Origin: Lytechinus pictus
Lineage: Eukaryota
DNA: 64,000 bases
NCBI RefSeq assembly: GCF_037042905.1
Contig: NC_087250.1
Span: 17,796,001 to 17,860,000 of the forward strand
Reading direction: 5' to 3'
The position numbers were made by a program, and so were the translations under genes. The notes below the pieces were generated by a model. That model worked only from the letters and a program-made list of their open reading frames with translations, did not search any database and was not told where the DNA came from. Positions 1-12,629 of the stretch are shown here, in pieces. Positions within the stretch are counted from its first letter, which is position 1. Every line of letters begins with the position of its first letter.

Positions 1-957
1 GTCATCAAGGAAGACTCTGAGAAGGCCGGGAAGCTCAAGCAATCTCTTCCTTCTGGTCTTCGAGTGAAGGAGATCAAGTAGACTGTGAATGCATTTGATT
101 TCTGTAAAATAAACTGTATGGCATAGGTAAGAAAAAAACAAAACAAAAACAACAACATTTGGTTAGCAGGTTGAATATACATTATAACAGAATACAACAA
201 TTATTACAATACAAATGCATTACAATCATAATACAAGATCCACATATCTAACTTGCTTGAAAGACTTTTTAGTTTCTGCCCTAGCCTCTTTGGTTTTACA
301 AGTAAACTTTCTCTCTGAAAACCAGGAAATGCTGAATGCTCCCTGCCTTGGATATACTGAAAGATTGCGTCCTTGCGGTACTTTGACAAATACTTCATTG
401 TCATTGGCATATGCGCTTGTCCGCTTGCTCTGGTACTCTATCTCAAAGTCAACAATTCCGGTCCCTGTTATCCCTTTGTGCACAGTCATCTCCTGTGAGG
501 CCTAGAAACTCATCCTGATGTAGACCCAGGTTTACGTTCCACTGCATGGAGCATTTTGCCGAGAGTTTGCTTGCACGGAAGAGCTATCATTTCCCTCAGG
601 TTTTCAGCTTAACATGGGCTGTGATATCTTATTGGCAGGCATAGTTTCCTTAACTTATCTGAATAACATCTAACTCCCTTTGCTTTTGAATTGTTTTGCA
701 GTTCATTTTCAATGATTACATACAGGTGTATTGGATAAATTTCTTACTTTTTTGTCTCCATTGTAGAGTAAGACTTCTTTGTGTACTACATCAAATAGGA
801 AGAAGATCTTCCCGGATGTTGTTGGAGTCGGGAAATGTAGCGCATCTGGGTGAAGAGAGCATCCGAGATACACAGCCATTGTCTTATTAGTGGATGCTCC
901 ATCACATACTAATGCCACCACATCAATGTTGTGTTGTATAAGTAACTCCAGGCATTC

Positions 958-1370
958 CTTGACAAGGAACGCCTGTCTTGGGCCATCAATCCCTCTGCAA
1001 AGGAAGTATCCTATTGGTGCCCTTACATGTGAGTCAATGGCGTATTCCATTCCTTTCTTGATTGCCACACCATCGATCATTAATGTCTACTTGAGTTGTC
1101 TTCCCTGTGTTCTTGGAATATCTTGATAAGGAATGCCTGTCTTGGGCCATCAATTCCTCTGCAAAGGAAGTATCCTATTGGTGCCCTTACATGTGAGTCA
1201 ATGGCGTATTCCATTCCTTTCTTGATTGCCACACCATCGATCATTAATGTCTACTTGAGTTGTCTTCCCTGTGTTCTTGGAATATCTTGATAAGGAATGC
1301 CTGTCTTGGGCCATCAATTCCTCTGCAAAGGAAGTATCCTATTGGTGCCCTTACATGTGAGTCAATGGCG
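958..1370. repeat. 164-bp tandem duplication of a transposase fragment (~2.5 copies)
   Basis: cttgataaggaatgcctgtcttgggcc recurs at about 958, 1122 and 1286 with near-identical intervening sequence. Confidence 0.85.
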
Positions 1371-3589
1371 GTCAACATGAAGAAAATATCATCACCTGAA
1401 AGGCCCAGAAATTCTTCTTAATGTTGTGCTTATTCTACACCTTTCTTGATTGATACTCCATCGATCATCAATGACCACCTCAGGGATCTGCCTTGTTGGT
1501 CTTGGAATCGGGACAAACAGCGCATACACTCCATTGTGAACCCAGGTTTGCCTTCCACTGATTCAAGTAGTAGTAAGTTACTTTGGTTATTTTTTTACAG
1601 GGAAGGGCCAACATCTGTTTTAGGTGATCGTAGCAACGTGGGATGTGGAATCGTATTGACAGGCATACTTTAATTTATCTGTATAACACCCTCCTTCGCT
1701 TTAAAATTATTTTTCTTTGTTTTTGATAATTGTCCTGGCATCAGATTTTATTTCAATCTGCCATTGTTCATGCAGTACTGTGACCAATAGTTCAATGTCT
1801 TTGGCATGTGCACTTGGCCGCTTGCTCTGTTACTCTATGGCAAAGTCAACAATTCCTGTTTCTGTTATTGACAGGCATAATTTCTGTAATCTTTCTGTTT
1901 ACTGTTTATCATTATATTTTTGTTCAACTCCCCGAAGGGTCACAGAGAAACCATTGAGCCGTATCCGGTTGCGGACGGCCTGTAATTTATTAACTTACCG
2001 ATGAAGACTAAAATAAGCCCGAGTCTCATATATGTAACACGAGACTGGCATTCCCTCACAGCGCAATTCATTGGCATGGTTGCGTTTTTTCCCCCGAATA
2101 TCCAAATTTAATCAGGGACAGTGCCCAATTAATCGAACAACAATCAGCTGTTGATCAACTTAGTGGCCGCTCCATCACATACTGATGCTACCACATCAAT
2201 GTTGTATTGTATCAGTTGCTCCAGGCATTCCTTGACAAGGAACGCCTGTCTTGGGCCATCAATTCCTCTGCAAAGGAAATATCCTGTAGGTGCCCTTACG
2301 TGTGAGTCAATGGCAGTCAACATGAAGACAATGGCCTGTGTCACATTGTCATCACCTGAAAGGTCCAGAAACTCATCCATATGTTGGTCGTATTCCACTC
2401 CTTTCTTGATTGCCACAGCATCGATCATTATTTTCTACTTCACTGTTGGTCTTAGAATCGGGACAAACCACAAATGCTCTCCATAATAAAGATGAGTTTG
2501 CCTTCCTCCGATTCCAGTAATTTTCTTTTGGCATGGAAGAACAATGCTGTAGTAGAAGAATCTCCAGGCATTTCTTGACAAGGAACGCCTGTCTTGGGCT
2601 ATCAATCCGTCTCCAAACAAAGTAGCCGATGGCCGAATGTACATGTGAGTCGATGGCTGTCAACGTGCACACAAAAGCCTATGTGGCTGCATCATCAGCC
2701 CAAAGGCCCAGAAATTAATCTTAATGTAGTTTGTATTCTATGCCTTTCTTGATTAATACTCCATCGATCATCAATGACCACCTCTGGGATCTGCCTTGTT
2801 GGTCTTGGAATCGGGACCATCCATGTATACACTCCATGGTGAACCCGGATCTGCCTGTACCAAGTGTTTTTTTTCCAGGAAAAGGCCAACATCTCTGGTA
2901 GGTGATCGTAGCAACTTGGGCAATGGTATCGTATTGACAGGCATACTTTCTTAAATTTATCTGTATAACGCCTTCCTTTGTTTTAAGGTTGTTTTTCTTT
3001 GTTTTTGATGATTGTCCAGGCATCAGATGTTATTTCAATCTTCCGTAGTTCATCATTATATTTTTGTTCAACTCCTGAACGGTCACAGAGAAACCATTGA
3101 ACCGTATCCAATTGCGGACGGCCTGTAATTCATTAACTTTACCGATGAAGACTCAAATAAGCCTGAGTCTCATATGTTACACGAGACAGGCATCCTCTCA
3201 CAGCACAATTCATTGGCATAATGTCTTTTTTTTCTCTTAATATCAAGATTTGAATGGAGTAAATAGTGAATCAGTGTCAGTGCCCAATCGAACTTCAACA
3301 ATCAGCTGTCGAACAGCTGTTGATCAGCTGACCTCAGGGATCTGCCTTGTTGGTCTTGGCCTTCGGGACAAACCGCAGATAAACTCCATTGTGAACCCGG
3401 GTTTGCCTTCCTGATTCAAGTAGTACTATGTTCCTTTTTTTTACAGTGAAGGGCCAACATCTCTGTTAGGTGGTCGTAGCAACCTGGGCTATGATATATT
3501 GACAGGCATACTTTCTTATCTTATCTCTATAACGCCTTCCTTCCTTTGCTTCAAGTTTTTCTTTTTATTTGATAATTGTCCTGGCATCA

Positions 3590-6500
3590 GATTTTATTTT
3601 AGTCTGCTGTAGATCATTGTTATATTTTGGTTCAGCTCCTCAAATGGTCACCGGGAAACCATTAAACCGTATCCGGTTGCGGACGGCCTGTAATTTATTC
3701 ACTTTAATACCGATGGAGACTCAAATAAGCCTGAGTCTCGTTTGTAGCACGAGACTGGCATCCCCTCACGGCGCAATTCATTGGCATGGTTGCGTTTTTT
3801 TCCCCGAATATCCAAATTTAATCAGGGACAGTGCCCAATTTTATTTTAGTCTGCTGTAGATCATTGTTATATTTTTGTTCAGCTCCTTGAATGGTCACCG
3901 AGAAACCATTAAACCGTATCCGGTTGCGGACGGCCTGTAATTTATTCACTTTAATACCGATGGAGACTCAAATAAGCCCGAGTCTCGTATGTAACACGAG
4001 ACTGGGATCCCCTTACGGCGCAATTCATTGACATGGTTGCGTTTTTTCCCCCGAATATCCAAATTTAATCAGGGACAGTGCCCAATTTTATTTTAGTCTG
4101 CTGTAGATCATTGTTATATTTTTGTACAGCTCCTCGAATGATCACCGAGAAACCATTAAACCGTATCCGGTTGCGGACGGCCTGTAATTTATTCACTTTA
4201 ATACCGATGGAGACTCAAATAAGCCAGAGTCTCGTATGTAACACGAGACTGGCATCCCCTCACGGCGCAATTCATTGGCATGATTGCGGTTTTTCCCCCT
4301 AATATCCAAATTTAATCAGGGACAGTGTCCAATTAATCGAACAACAATCAGCTGTTGATCAACAAAGTAGCTGATGGCAGACCGTACATGTGAGTCGATG
4401 GCTGTCAACATAAACACAATAGCCTGTGTGGCTACGTCATCAGCCCAACGGCCCAGAAATTTATCTTCATGTTGTCCGTATTCTAGGCCTTTCTTGATTG
4501 ATACTCCATCGATCATCAATGACTTGGGACAAACAGCGGATACACTCCATTGTGAACCCGGGTTTGCCTTCCACTGATTCGAGTAGTAGTAAGTTACTTT
4601 GGTTATTTTTTTACAGGGAAGGGCCAACATCTCTCTTAGGCGGTCGTAGCGACGTGGGCTATGGTATTGTATTGACAGGCATACTTTCTTAAACTTATCT
4701 GTATAATGCCTTCCTTCCTTTGCTTTCAAGTAGTTTCTCTTTGTTTTTTGATAATTGACCAGGCATCAGATTTTATTTCAATCAGCCATAGTTCTTGCGG
4801 TACTCTGACCAATAGTTCAATGTCTTTGGCATGTGCACTTGGCCACTTGCTCTGGTACTCTATGTCAAAGTCAGCAATTCTTGTTTCTGTTATTAACGGG
4901 CATAATTTCTGTAATCTTTCTGTTTACTGTCTACCTTCCTTCACTTTCAAATTCTTTTTCAGTTCCTCTTGAATGATTACATGCATGTATATCTGATGAA
5001 TTGCTTACTTTTTGCCTCCATTATAGAGTAATACCTCTTTGTCTGCAAGAAGGTTTCTGAGGAGTTTCTATTATTGATAGGCATCTACGTCATGTTGAAG
5101 TAGTAGCTTCTGCCATTCCTTGACAACGAACGCCTGGCTTGAGCTATCAATCCGTCTCTAAATAAAGTAGCCAATGGCCAATCGTACATGTGTGTCGATA
5201 GCTGTCAACATGAAGACATTAACCCCCGAAAGGCCCACAAACTCATTTTTATGCTAATCGTCTTCTACACCTTTCTTTATTGATACTCCATCGATTGTCA
5301 ATGACCATCTCAGGGATCCGCCTTGTTGGACTTGAAATCGGGACAAACCGCTGATACACTCCATTGTGAACCCAGGTTTGCCTTCCACTGATTCAAGTAG
5401 TAGTAAGTAACTTTGGTTATTTTTTTACAGGGAAGGGCCAACATCTCTCTTAGGTGGTCGTAGCAACGTGGGCTATGGTATCGTATTGACAGGCATACTT
5501 TCTTAAACTTATCTGTATAACACCTTCCTTCCTTTGCTTTAAAATTGTTTCTCTTTGTTTTTGATAATTGTCCTGGCATCAGATTTTATTTCAATCTGCC
5601 GTAGATCATTGTTATATTTTTGTTCAACTCCCCGAACGGTCACCAAGAAACCATTGAACTGTGTCGGGTTGCGGACGGCCTGTAATTCATTCACTTTAAT
5701 ACCGATGGAGACTCAAATAAGCCTGAGTCTCGTATGTAGCACGAGACTGGCATCCCCTCACGGCGCAATTCATTGGCATGGTTGCGTTTTTTCCCCCGAA
5801 TATCCAAATTTAATCAGGGACAGTGCCCAATTTTATTTTAGTCTGCTGTAGATCATTGTTATATTTTTGTTCAGCTCCTTGAATGGTCACCGAGAAACCA
5901 TTAAACCGTATCCGGTTGCGGACGGCCTGTAATTTATTCACTTTAATACGGATGGAGACTCAAATGAGCCCGAGTCTCGTATGTAGCACGAGACTGGCAT
6001 CCCCTCACGGCGCAATTCATTGGCATGGTTGCGTTTTTTTCCCCGAATATCCAAATATAATAAGGGACAGTGCCCAATTTTATTTTAGTCTGCTGTAGAT
6101 CATTGTTATATTTTTGTTCAGCTCCTTGAATGGTCACCGAGAAACCATTAAACCGTATCCGGTTGCGGACGGCCTGTAATTTATTCACTTTAATACCGAT
6201 GGAGACTCAAATAAGCCCGAGTCTTGTATGTAACACGAGATTGGCATCCCCTCACGGCGCAATTCATTGGCATGTTTGCGTTTTTTCCCCCGAATATCCA
6301 AATTCAATCAGGGACAGTGCCCAATTAATCGAACAACAATCAGCTGTTGATCAACAAAGTAGCCGATGGCAGACCGTACATGTGAGTCGATGGCTGTCAA
6401 CATAAACACAATAGCCTGTGTGGCTACATCATCAGCCCAATGGCCCAGAAATTGATCTTCATGTTGTCCGTATTCTAAGCCTTTCTTGATTGATACTCCA

Positions 6501-7535
6501 TCGATCATCATTGACCATCTCAGGGATCTGCCTTGTTGGTCTTGGAATCGGGACAAACAGCGGATACACTCCATTGTGAACCCAGGTTTGCCTTCCACTG
6601 ATTCAAGTAGTCGTAAGTTACTTTGCTTATTTTTTTACAGGGAAGGGCCAACATCTCTCTTAGGTGGTCGTAGCAACGTGGGCTATGGTATCGTATTGAC
6701 AGGCATACTTTCTTAAACTTATCTGTATAACGCCTTCCTTCCTTTGCTTTAAAATTGTTTTTCTTTGTTTTTGATAATTGTCTTGGCATCAGATTTTATT
6801 TCAATCTGCCGTAGATCATCATTATATTTTTGTTCAGCTCCTCGAATGGTCACCAAGAAACCATTAAACTGTATCCGGTTGCGGACGGCCTGTAATTTAT
6901 TCACTTTAATACCGATGGAGACTCAAATAAGCCTGAGTCTCGTATGTAGCACGAGACTGGGATCCCCTCACGGCGCAATTCATTGGCATGGTTGCGTTTT
7001 TTCCCCCGAATATCCAAATTTAATCAGGGACAGTGCCCAATTTTATTTAGTCTGCTGTAGATCATTGTTATATTTTTGTTCAGCTCCTCGAATGGTCACC
7101 GAGAAACCATTAAACCGTATCCGGTTGCGGACGGCCTGTAATTTATTCACTTTAATACCGATGGAGACTCAAATAAGCCCGAGTCTCGTATGTAACACGA
7201 GACTGGGATTCCCTCACGGCGCAATTCATTTGCATGGTTGCGTTTTTTCCCCTGAATATCCAAATTTAATCAGGGACAGTGCCCAATTTTATTTTAGTCT
7301 GCTGTAGATCATTGTTATATTTTTGTTCAGCTCCTCGAATGGTCACCGAGAAACCATTAAACCGTATCCGGTTGCGGACGGCCTGTAATTTATTCACTTT
7401 AGTACCGATGGAGACTCAAATAAGCCCGAGTCTCGTATGTAACACGAGACTGGCATCCCCTCACAGCGCAATTCATTGGCATGTTTGCGTTTTTTCCCCC
7501 TAATATCCAAATTTAATCAGGGACAGTGTCCAATT
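3590..7535. repeat. ~247-bp satellite unit from the THAP 5' exon, in three triplets (about 3590-4330, 5580-6330, 6790-7535)
   Basis: Unit ttttagtctgctgtagatc...cagggacagtgcccaat repeats at 247-248 bp spacing. The minus strand of each unit reads MPMNCAVRGCQSR..YETR..LSLHR. Confidence 0.9.
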
Positions 7536-10500
7536 TATCGAACAACAATCAGCTGTTGATCAACAAAGTAGCCGATGGCAGACCGTACATGTGAGTCGAT
7601 GGCTGTCAACATAAACACAATAGTCTGTGTGGCTACATCATCAGCCCAACGGCCCAGAAATTAATCTTCATGTTGTCCGTATTCTAGGCCTTTCTTGATT
7701 GATACTCCATCGATCATCAATGACTTGGGACAAACAGCGGATACACTCCATTGTGAACCCGGGTTTGCCTTCCACTGATTCGAGTAGTAGTAAGTTACTT
7801 TGGTTATTTTTTACAGGGAAGGGCCAACATCTCTCTAATAGGCGGTCGTAGCGACGTGGGCTATGGTATCGTATTGACAGGCATACTTTCTAATAAACTT
7901 ATCTGTATAATGCCTTCCTTCCTTTGCTTTCAAGTAGTTTCTCTTTGTTTTTTGATAATTGACCAGGCATCAGATTTTATTTCAATCAGCCATAGTTCTT
8001 GCGGTACTATGACCAATAGTTCAATGTCTTTGACATGTGCACTTGGCCACTTGCTCTGGTACTCTATGTCAAAGTCAACAATTCTTGTTTCTGTTATTAA
8101 CGGGCATAATTTCTGTAATCTTTCTGTTTACTGTCTACCTTCCTTGACTTTCAAATTCTTTTTTAGTTCCTCTTGAATGATTACATGCATGTATATTTGA
8201 TGAATTGCTTACTTTTTGCCTCCATTATAGAGTAATACCTCTTTGTCTGCAAGAAGGTTTCTGAGGATTTTCTATTATTGATAGACATCTACGTCATGTT
8301 GAAGTAGTAGCTTCTGGCATTCCGTGACAACGAACGCCTGGCTTGAGCTATCAATCCATCTCTAAATAAAGTAGCCAATGGCCAATCGTACATGTGTGTC
8401 GATAGCTGTCAACATGAAGACATTAACCCCCGAAAGGCCCACAAACTCATTTTTATGCTAATGGTCTTCTACACCTTTCTTTATTGATACTCCATCGATT
8501 GTCAATGACCATCTCAGGGATCCGCCTTGTTGGTCTTGAAATCGGGACAAACTGCTGATACACTCCATTGCGAACCCAGGTTTGCCTTCCACTGATTCAA
8601 GTAGTAGTAAGTTACTTTGGTTATTTTTTTACAGGGAAGGGCCAACATCTCTCTTAGGTGGTCGTAGCAACGTGGGCTATGGTATCGTATTGACAGGCAT
8701 ACTTTCTTAAACTTATCTGTATAACACCTTCCTTCCTTTGCTTTTTGTTTTTGATAATTGTCCTGGCATCAGATTTTATTTCAATCTGCCGTAGATCATT
8801 GTTATATTTTTGTTCAACTCCCCGAACGGTCACCAAGAAACCATTGAACTGTATCCAATTGCGGACGGCCTGTAATTTATTCACTTACCGATGGTGACTC
8901 AAATAAGCCAGAGTCTCATATGTTACACGAGACAGGCATCCTCTCACAGCGCAATTCATTGGCATGATGCGTTTTTTCTCCTAATTTCAAGATTTGAATG
9001 GAGTAAATAGTGAATCAGTGACAGTGCCCAATCGAACTTCGACAATCAGCTGTCGAACAGCTGTTGATCAGCTGATCGTGACGTAATCACAACAAAATTG
9101 GAATTTCCCAAACAGGTTTTTTTATGACATGTAAGTTGAAATTGTGGCTTACTTGCTTTTTGAAGGGACATTCTAGGCTATATAAGATTTAAAGAAATGT
9201 GCTTTATATCCTGATTTCCTAATTTGTGTCGTGCAGAAGTTGAAATTGTGGCTTCCTCATTTCTCTAATGGATTTCTGTAAACCATCAGCTCCATGACGA
9301 CGATGAGACAGCAGCAGATGTACAGAGAACTCAAATTTATAATTTCTTGGATATAGGACAATACAGAAGACTGTTCCAATGTGAGACTAGTATTAAGAAT
9401 GAATAATGGAGAAAGCTCTGACCGGCTGATAGATTGTTAACAGGTGGCAGTAATAAAAGAGAGTTTGAGAACGTAGTTTCAAAAGAAATTCACAAGAGGA
9501 ATGTGACCTGAATGTGAAAGAACTGTGGATGGGACAACAATAACTGAGTTGTCGAACAGCTGTTGATCAGCTGATCGTGACGTAATCACGACAACAAAAT
9601 CTTAATTTCCCAAACAGTTTTTTTATGACATGTGGCTTCCTCATTGCTCTAATGGACTTCTGTAAACCATCTGTGTTCACTAGTCTTTTGCCCTTTAGAT
9701 GTATAGCATTTCCCATAATTTTCTCCTTGTCTTGATGTGGTCAGCTTACTCCTGGACACCGATTCAACTGCCTGAGCCTTTTCCTCATTCTCTGTAAATA
9801 TCCAAGAATTTACCTGGATGCTATGCCATCCATCTTCAAAAAAGCACCTTATGTCTCTTACTGTGAGGTCAGGTCTCCTGGTTGAGAATCCGATGGAGAT
9901 CTGCAAATGCAGCTGCTGCGGTAAATTGATTAGGTTTAGAAGGTTTTGTCCCTTTCCCCTTAATGCTGTCACAAGTCTTACCTGACGATGCACTGTATGG
10001 TGTATTCAACTGATAAGTTCTCATGTTCTCTGTTCTCATGATACTCGAGGTTCCCTTTAATCATCAATCTCGTGAGTAGTAAGTGACCATATTATATATG
10101 GCGACCCTAGAGGTCTCCATGTCCAGGCCCCGTTGCCCACCCTTTCGACCTGGGCGAATGCCTGTCCTATGACTTAAAACCGTGGACTGTCCTGCAGTTG
10201 AGGCCCCTCCGGTCTTTTGGACGGAGGTGGTCTGAACATCATTACCTAAGGAATTACACCCGTTAGGGTTAGACTCCTTACTCCACACCTTGGAGCACCA
10301 TTTATCATCATCAGAAAGATGAGGTAATCTCTGAAATTCTTCATTAGACCCAAAGTCAACTTTTTGAAAATATTTGAAAAACTGCAGCTGTAATAACATT
10401 ACAAAATAAAAAGAAATTTTGAGATTAAAAAAGAGAAATTTGTTCACCACCCTCTTCGTACTGTCTTGCTCTTTAAGCTTTCCCCTTTCTGGAATTCCAA

Positions 10501-10902
10501 GAAGCGCAGTGGCTTCTCCAGAAGTATACACTTGATGTTTAAGTTTTTCCAGCTTCGTCAACACTCATTCCTTTTTCACTTTTGTTTATGAAATTTTGTT
10601 GTCTCAGTTGCATCTCTCCTAACCTAACCCCAAAACGAAGATTCACATATAACCAAAATGATGGAATGAAAGTGGATGTATCAGAAAGAGCTGCAACGTG
10701 TTTTGAGGGTCTTGGAGTGGTTTTGGAGTAGAAGTTGTTGGTTGAGGAGTACAGGATTCTGATGTGATGATATCCATCAGCTTCCATTTTAGTTGCATGA
10801 GAGTAATTTTCTCTCTTAATTGCCCCTCCATTGTCTTTTCCAAACTATCCAACCGCTCTTGAGGAGTTTTTATGTAGTGAGACAATTCTTTACTGCTGTA
10901 CA

Positions 10903-11139
10903 CATGGGCGGAAATCCAAGGGGGGACAGGGGGGACGTGTCCCCCCTACTCAAAATAGTAGGGGGGACACTATCAAATGTCCCCCCTACTATTTGTGGTC
11001 TTTTATAATGGTAAGAAATGCATCATTCAAAATCGATATAAAACATGTATTTTAGGACGAGATGACCTTACTTTTGGGATGATAACCTTTTTTCCAGCCC
11101 GTTGTCCCCCCTACCTTTTGAAAGAAATTTCCGCCCCTG
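10903..11139. mobile_element. Non-autonomous hAT-like MITE
   Basis: TIRs catgggcggaaat / atttccgcccctg; perfect 8-bp TSD gctgtaca at 10895-10902 and 11140-11147. Confidence 0.85.
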
Positions 11140-12220
11140 GCTGTACAAGGAGAAGATACTCAATCTGTTGGTTCACTAATTTGCATAATTACTTTCATTC
11201 TTTCCATCTTACCTAGCTCATCAAATTTAATTTGAAATGAAAATTAAGCTTTGTGACATCGTCATCAATTTCCCCTTTTATGCATGTCAACGTTCATGAT
11301 ACCATGCTTTGGTAGAGCATGGTTACATCTACAACTTCAATTTGGTGGAAATCGGTTCATAGGGGCCTTAGAGATGACCTCATAAATTTTGGGTTGTGGA
11401 GGTATTTCATCATGCTCTATCATTGGCTTAGTCGTAAATATTATGTACCAGGCCAATAATACATTGACTTAATGGGGCTTATTATGCATTCATGAGGTCA
11501 TATCTAAGGCCCCAATGGACCGATTCCCACCAAATCAGGGTTGTGGAGGTATTTCATCAAGCTCTACCAAGAAAATTGTATCAAAAACGCTGAAATTAAA
11601 AGTTTCTTTTTCTAATATTATTACTCTAGATATGGATATGCATCCTCCCTCAGTGTAATGTGGAAACAACCAAAATCACACATAATTTTAGACCACACTT
11701 TTATGGAATGCCAGTTGTCAACTTATTCACTAATTAAGAATTATTCTTATCCTACTGCCAAAAAAGTTGTCAAAAAATCAATTGTCTTGACCTACATGTA
11801 GGAAAAATAGGACAATTCAAAAGTATCATGAATTTAATGAAAAAAATTATACATTATAATTGCCCCAAATACTGAAAAATGTTATGAAGTCCAGCACTCC
11901 ATAGAGGTATGGATTAAATTCTAATTTAGCCTAGGATGAAAACTAGGTATAGTAACCAGAATGCTGCCAATTAGGGATAAGTTACCCTCATTTTTGCTGC
12001 ATCTGATGGACTAACATCCTTTTGTTGCTGAGATTCATTACTCTTCGAACTAGGTCACAATGTCAATGCCAGTGCTTTCCTAGTATGATCAACCCTTCTC
12101 ATCCCTTGTGACTATATAGGTTTTAACCACATGCTCCTTATGCATTGATATCTGCAGTGCAATTAACCAGTTGGAGACCGAGTGTGTGCTATGACGGCTG
12201 TAGTCTGTGGAAAACTTGTT

Positions 12221-12629
12221 GGTAAATTGCCAATTCCTCTACTGCCAACTTGTCCACTCACCACATGGTCTACTTTCATTTAGTGTAATGCCATTCCATC
12301 CAACATTTCATCTCACAACCATTGACAATTAACCAATTGGTCTCTTCATCACTTTGTCTAATCACCATTTCGTCTATGACCGTATTGTCTCATAATGCAG
12401 TTGGTCCAAATTCCATTTCATTTCATTCTGCATAATTTAACACATAGTCAAATTAGACCAAATGGTATATGGACTAAATGGCTGTTGGACCAACTGGTCA
12501 TTAGACGGATTGGCATTAGACTAAATGAAAGTAGACCATGTGGTGAGTGGACAAACTAAAACTAGACCAATGATAGTAGACAAGTTGGCAGTTGGACGAA
12601 TTGGCATTAGACGAAATTGGAAATAAACC
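12221..12629. mobile_element. Palindromic MITE, possibly Mutator-like
   Basis: Long imperfect inverted arms (gccaacttgtccactcaccacatggtctactttcatttag vs ctaaatgaaagtagaccatgtggtgagtggacaa), GG..CC ends, flanking aacttgtt/aacttgtg. Confidence 0.65.

Larger units (their letters stand above)
200..9080 (-). mobile_element. Tandem/rearranged array of degenerate THAP9/P-element-type transposase fragments
   Basis: Repeated minus-strand ORF fragments carry P-element/THAP9 transposase motifs: RRYTDKFKKVCLSIRYHSPRCYDHLREMLALP, SLMIDGVSIKKGLEY, ATQAIVFMLTAIDSHVRAPIGYF, VVALVCDGASTNKTMA..LGC, KIFFLFDVVH. A THAP start MPMNCAVRGC is also present. All copies have frameshifts, stops or deletions. Confidence 0.85.

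Noticed and set aside
3569..8176. Plus-strand ORFs in the repeat array (e.g. 6765-7307)
   Set aside because: They are antisense shadows of repeated transposase fragments with no recognisable domain.
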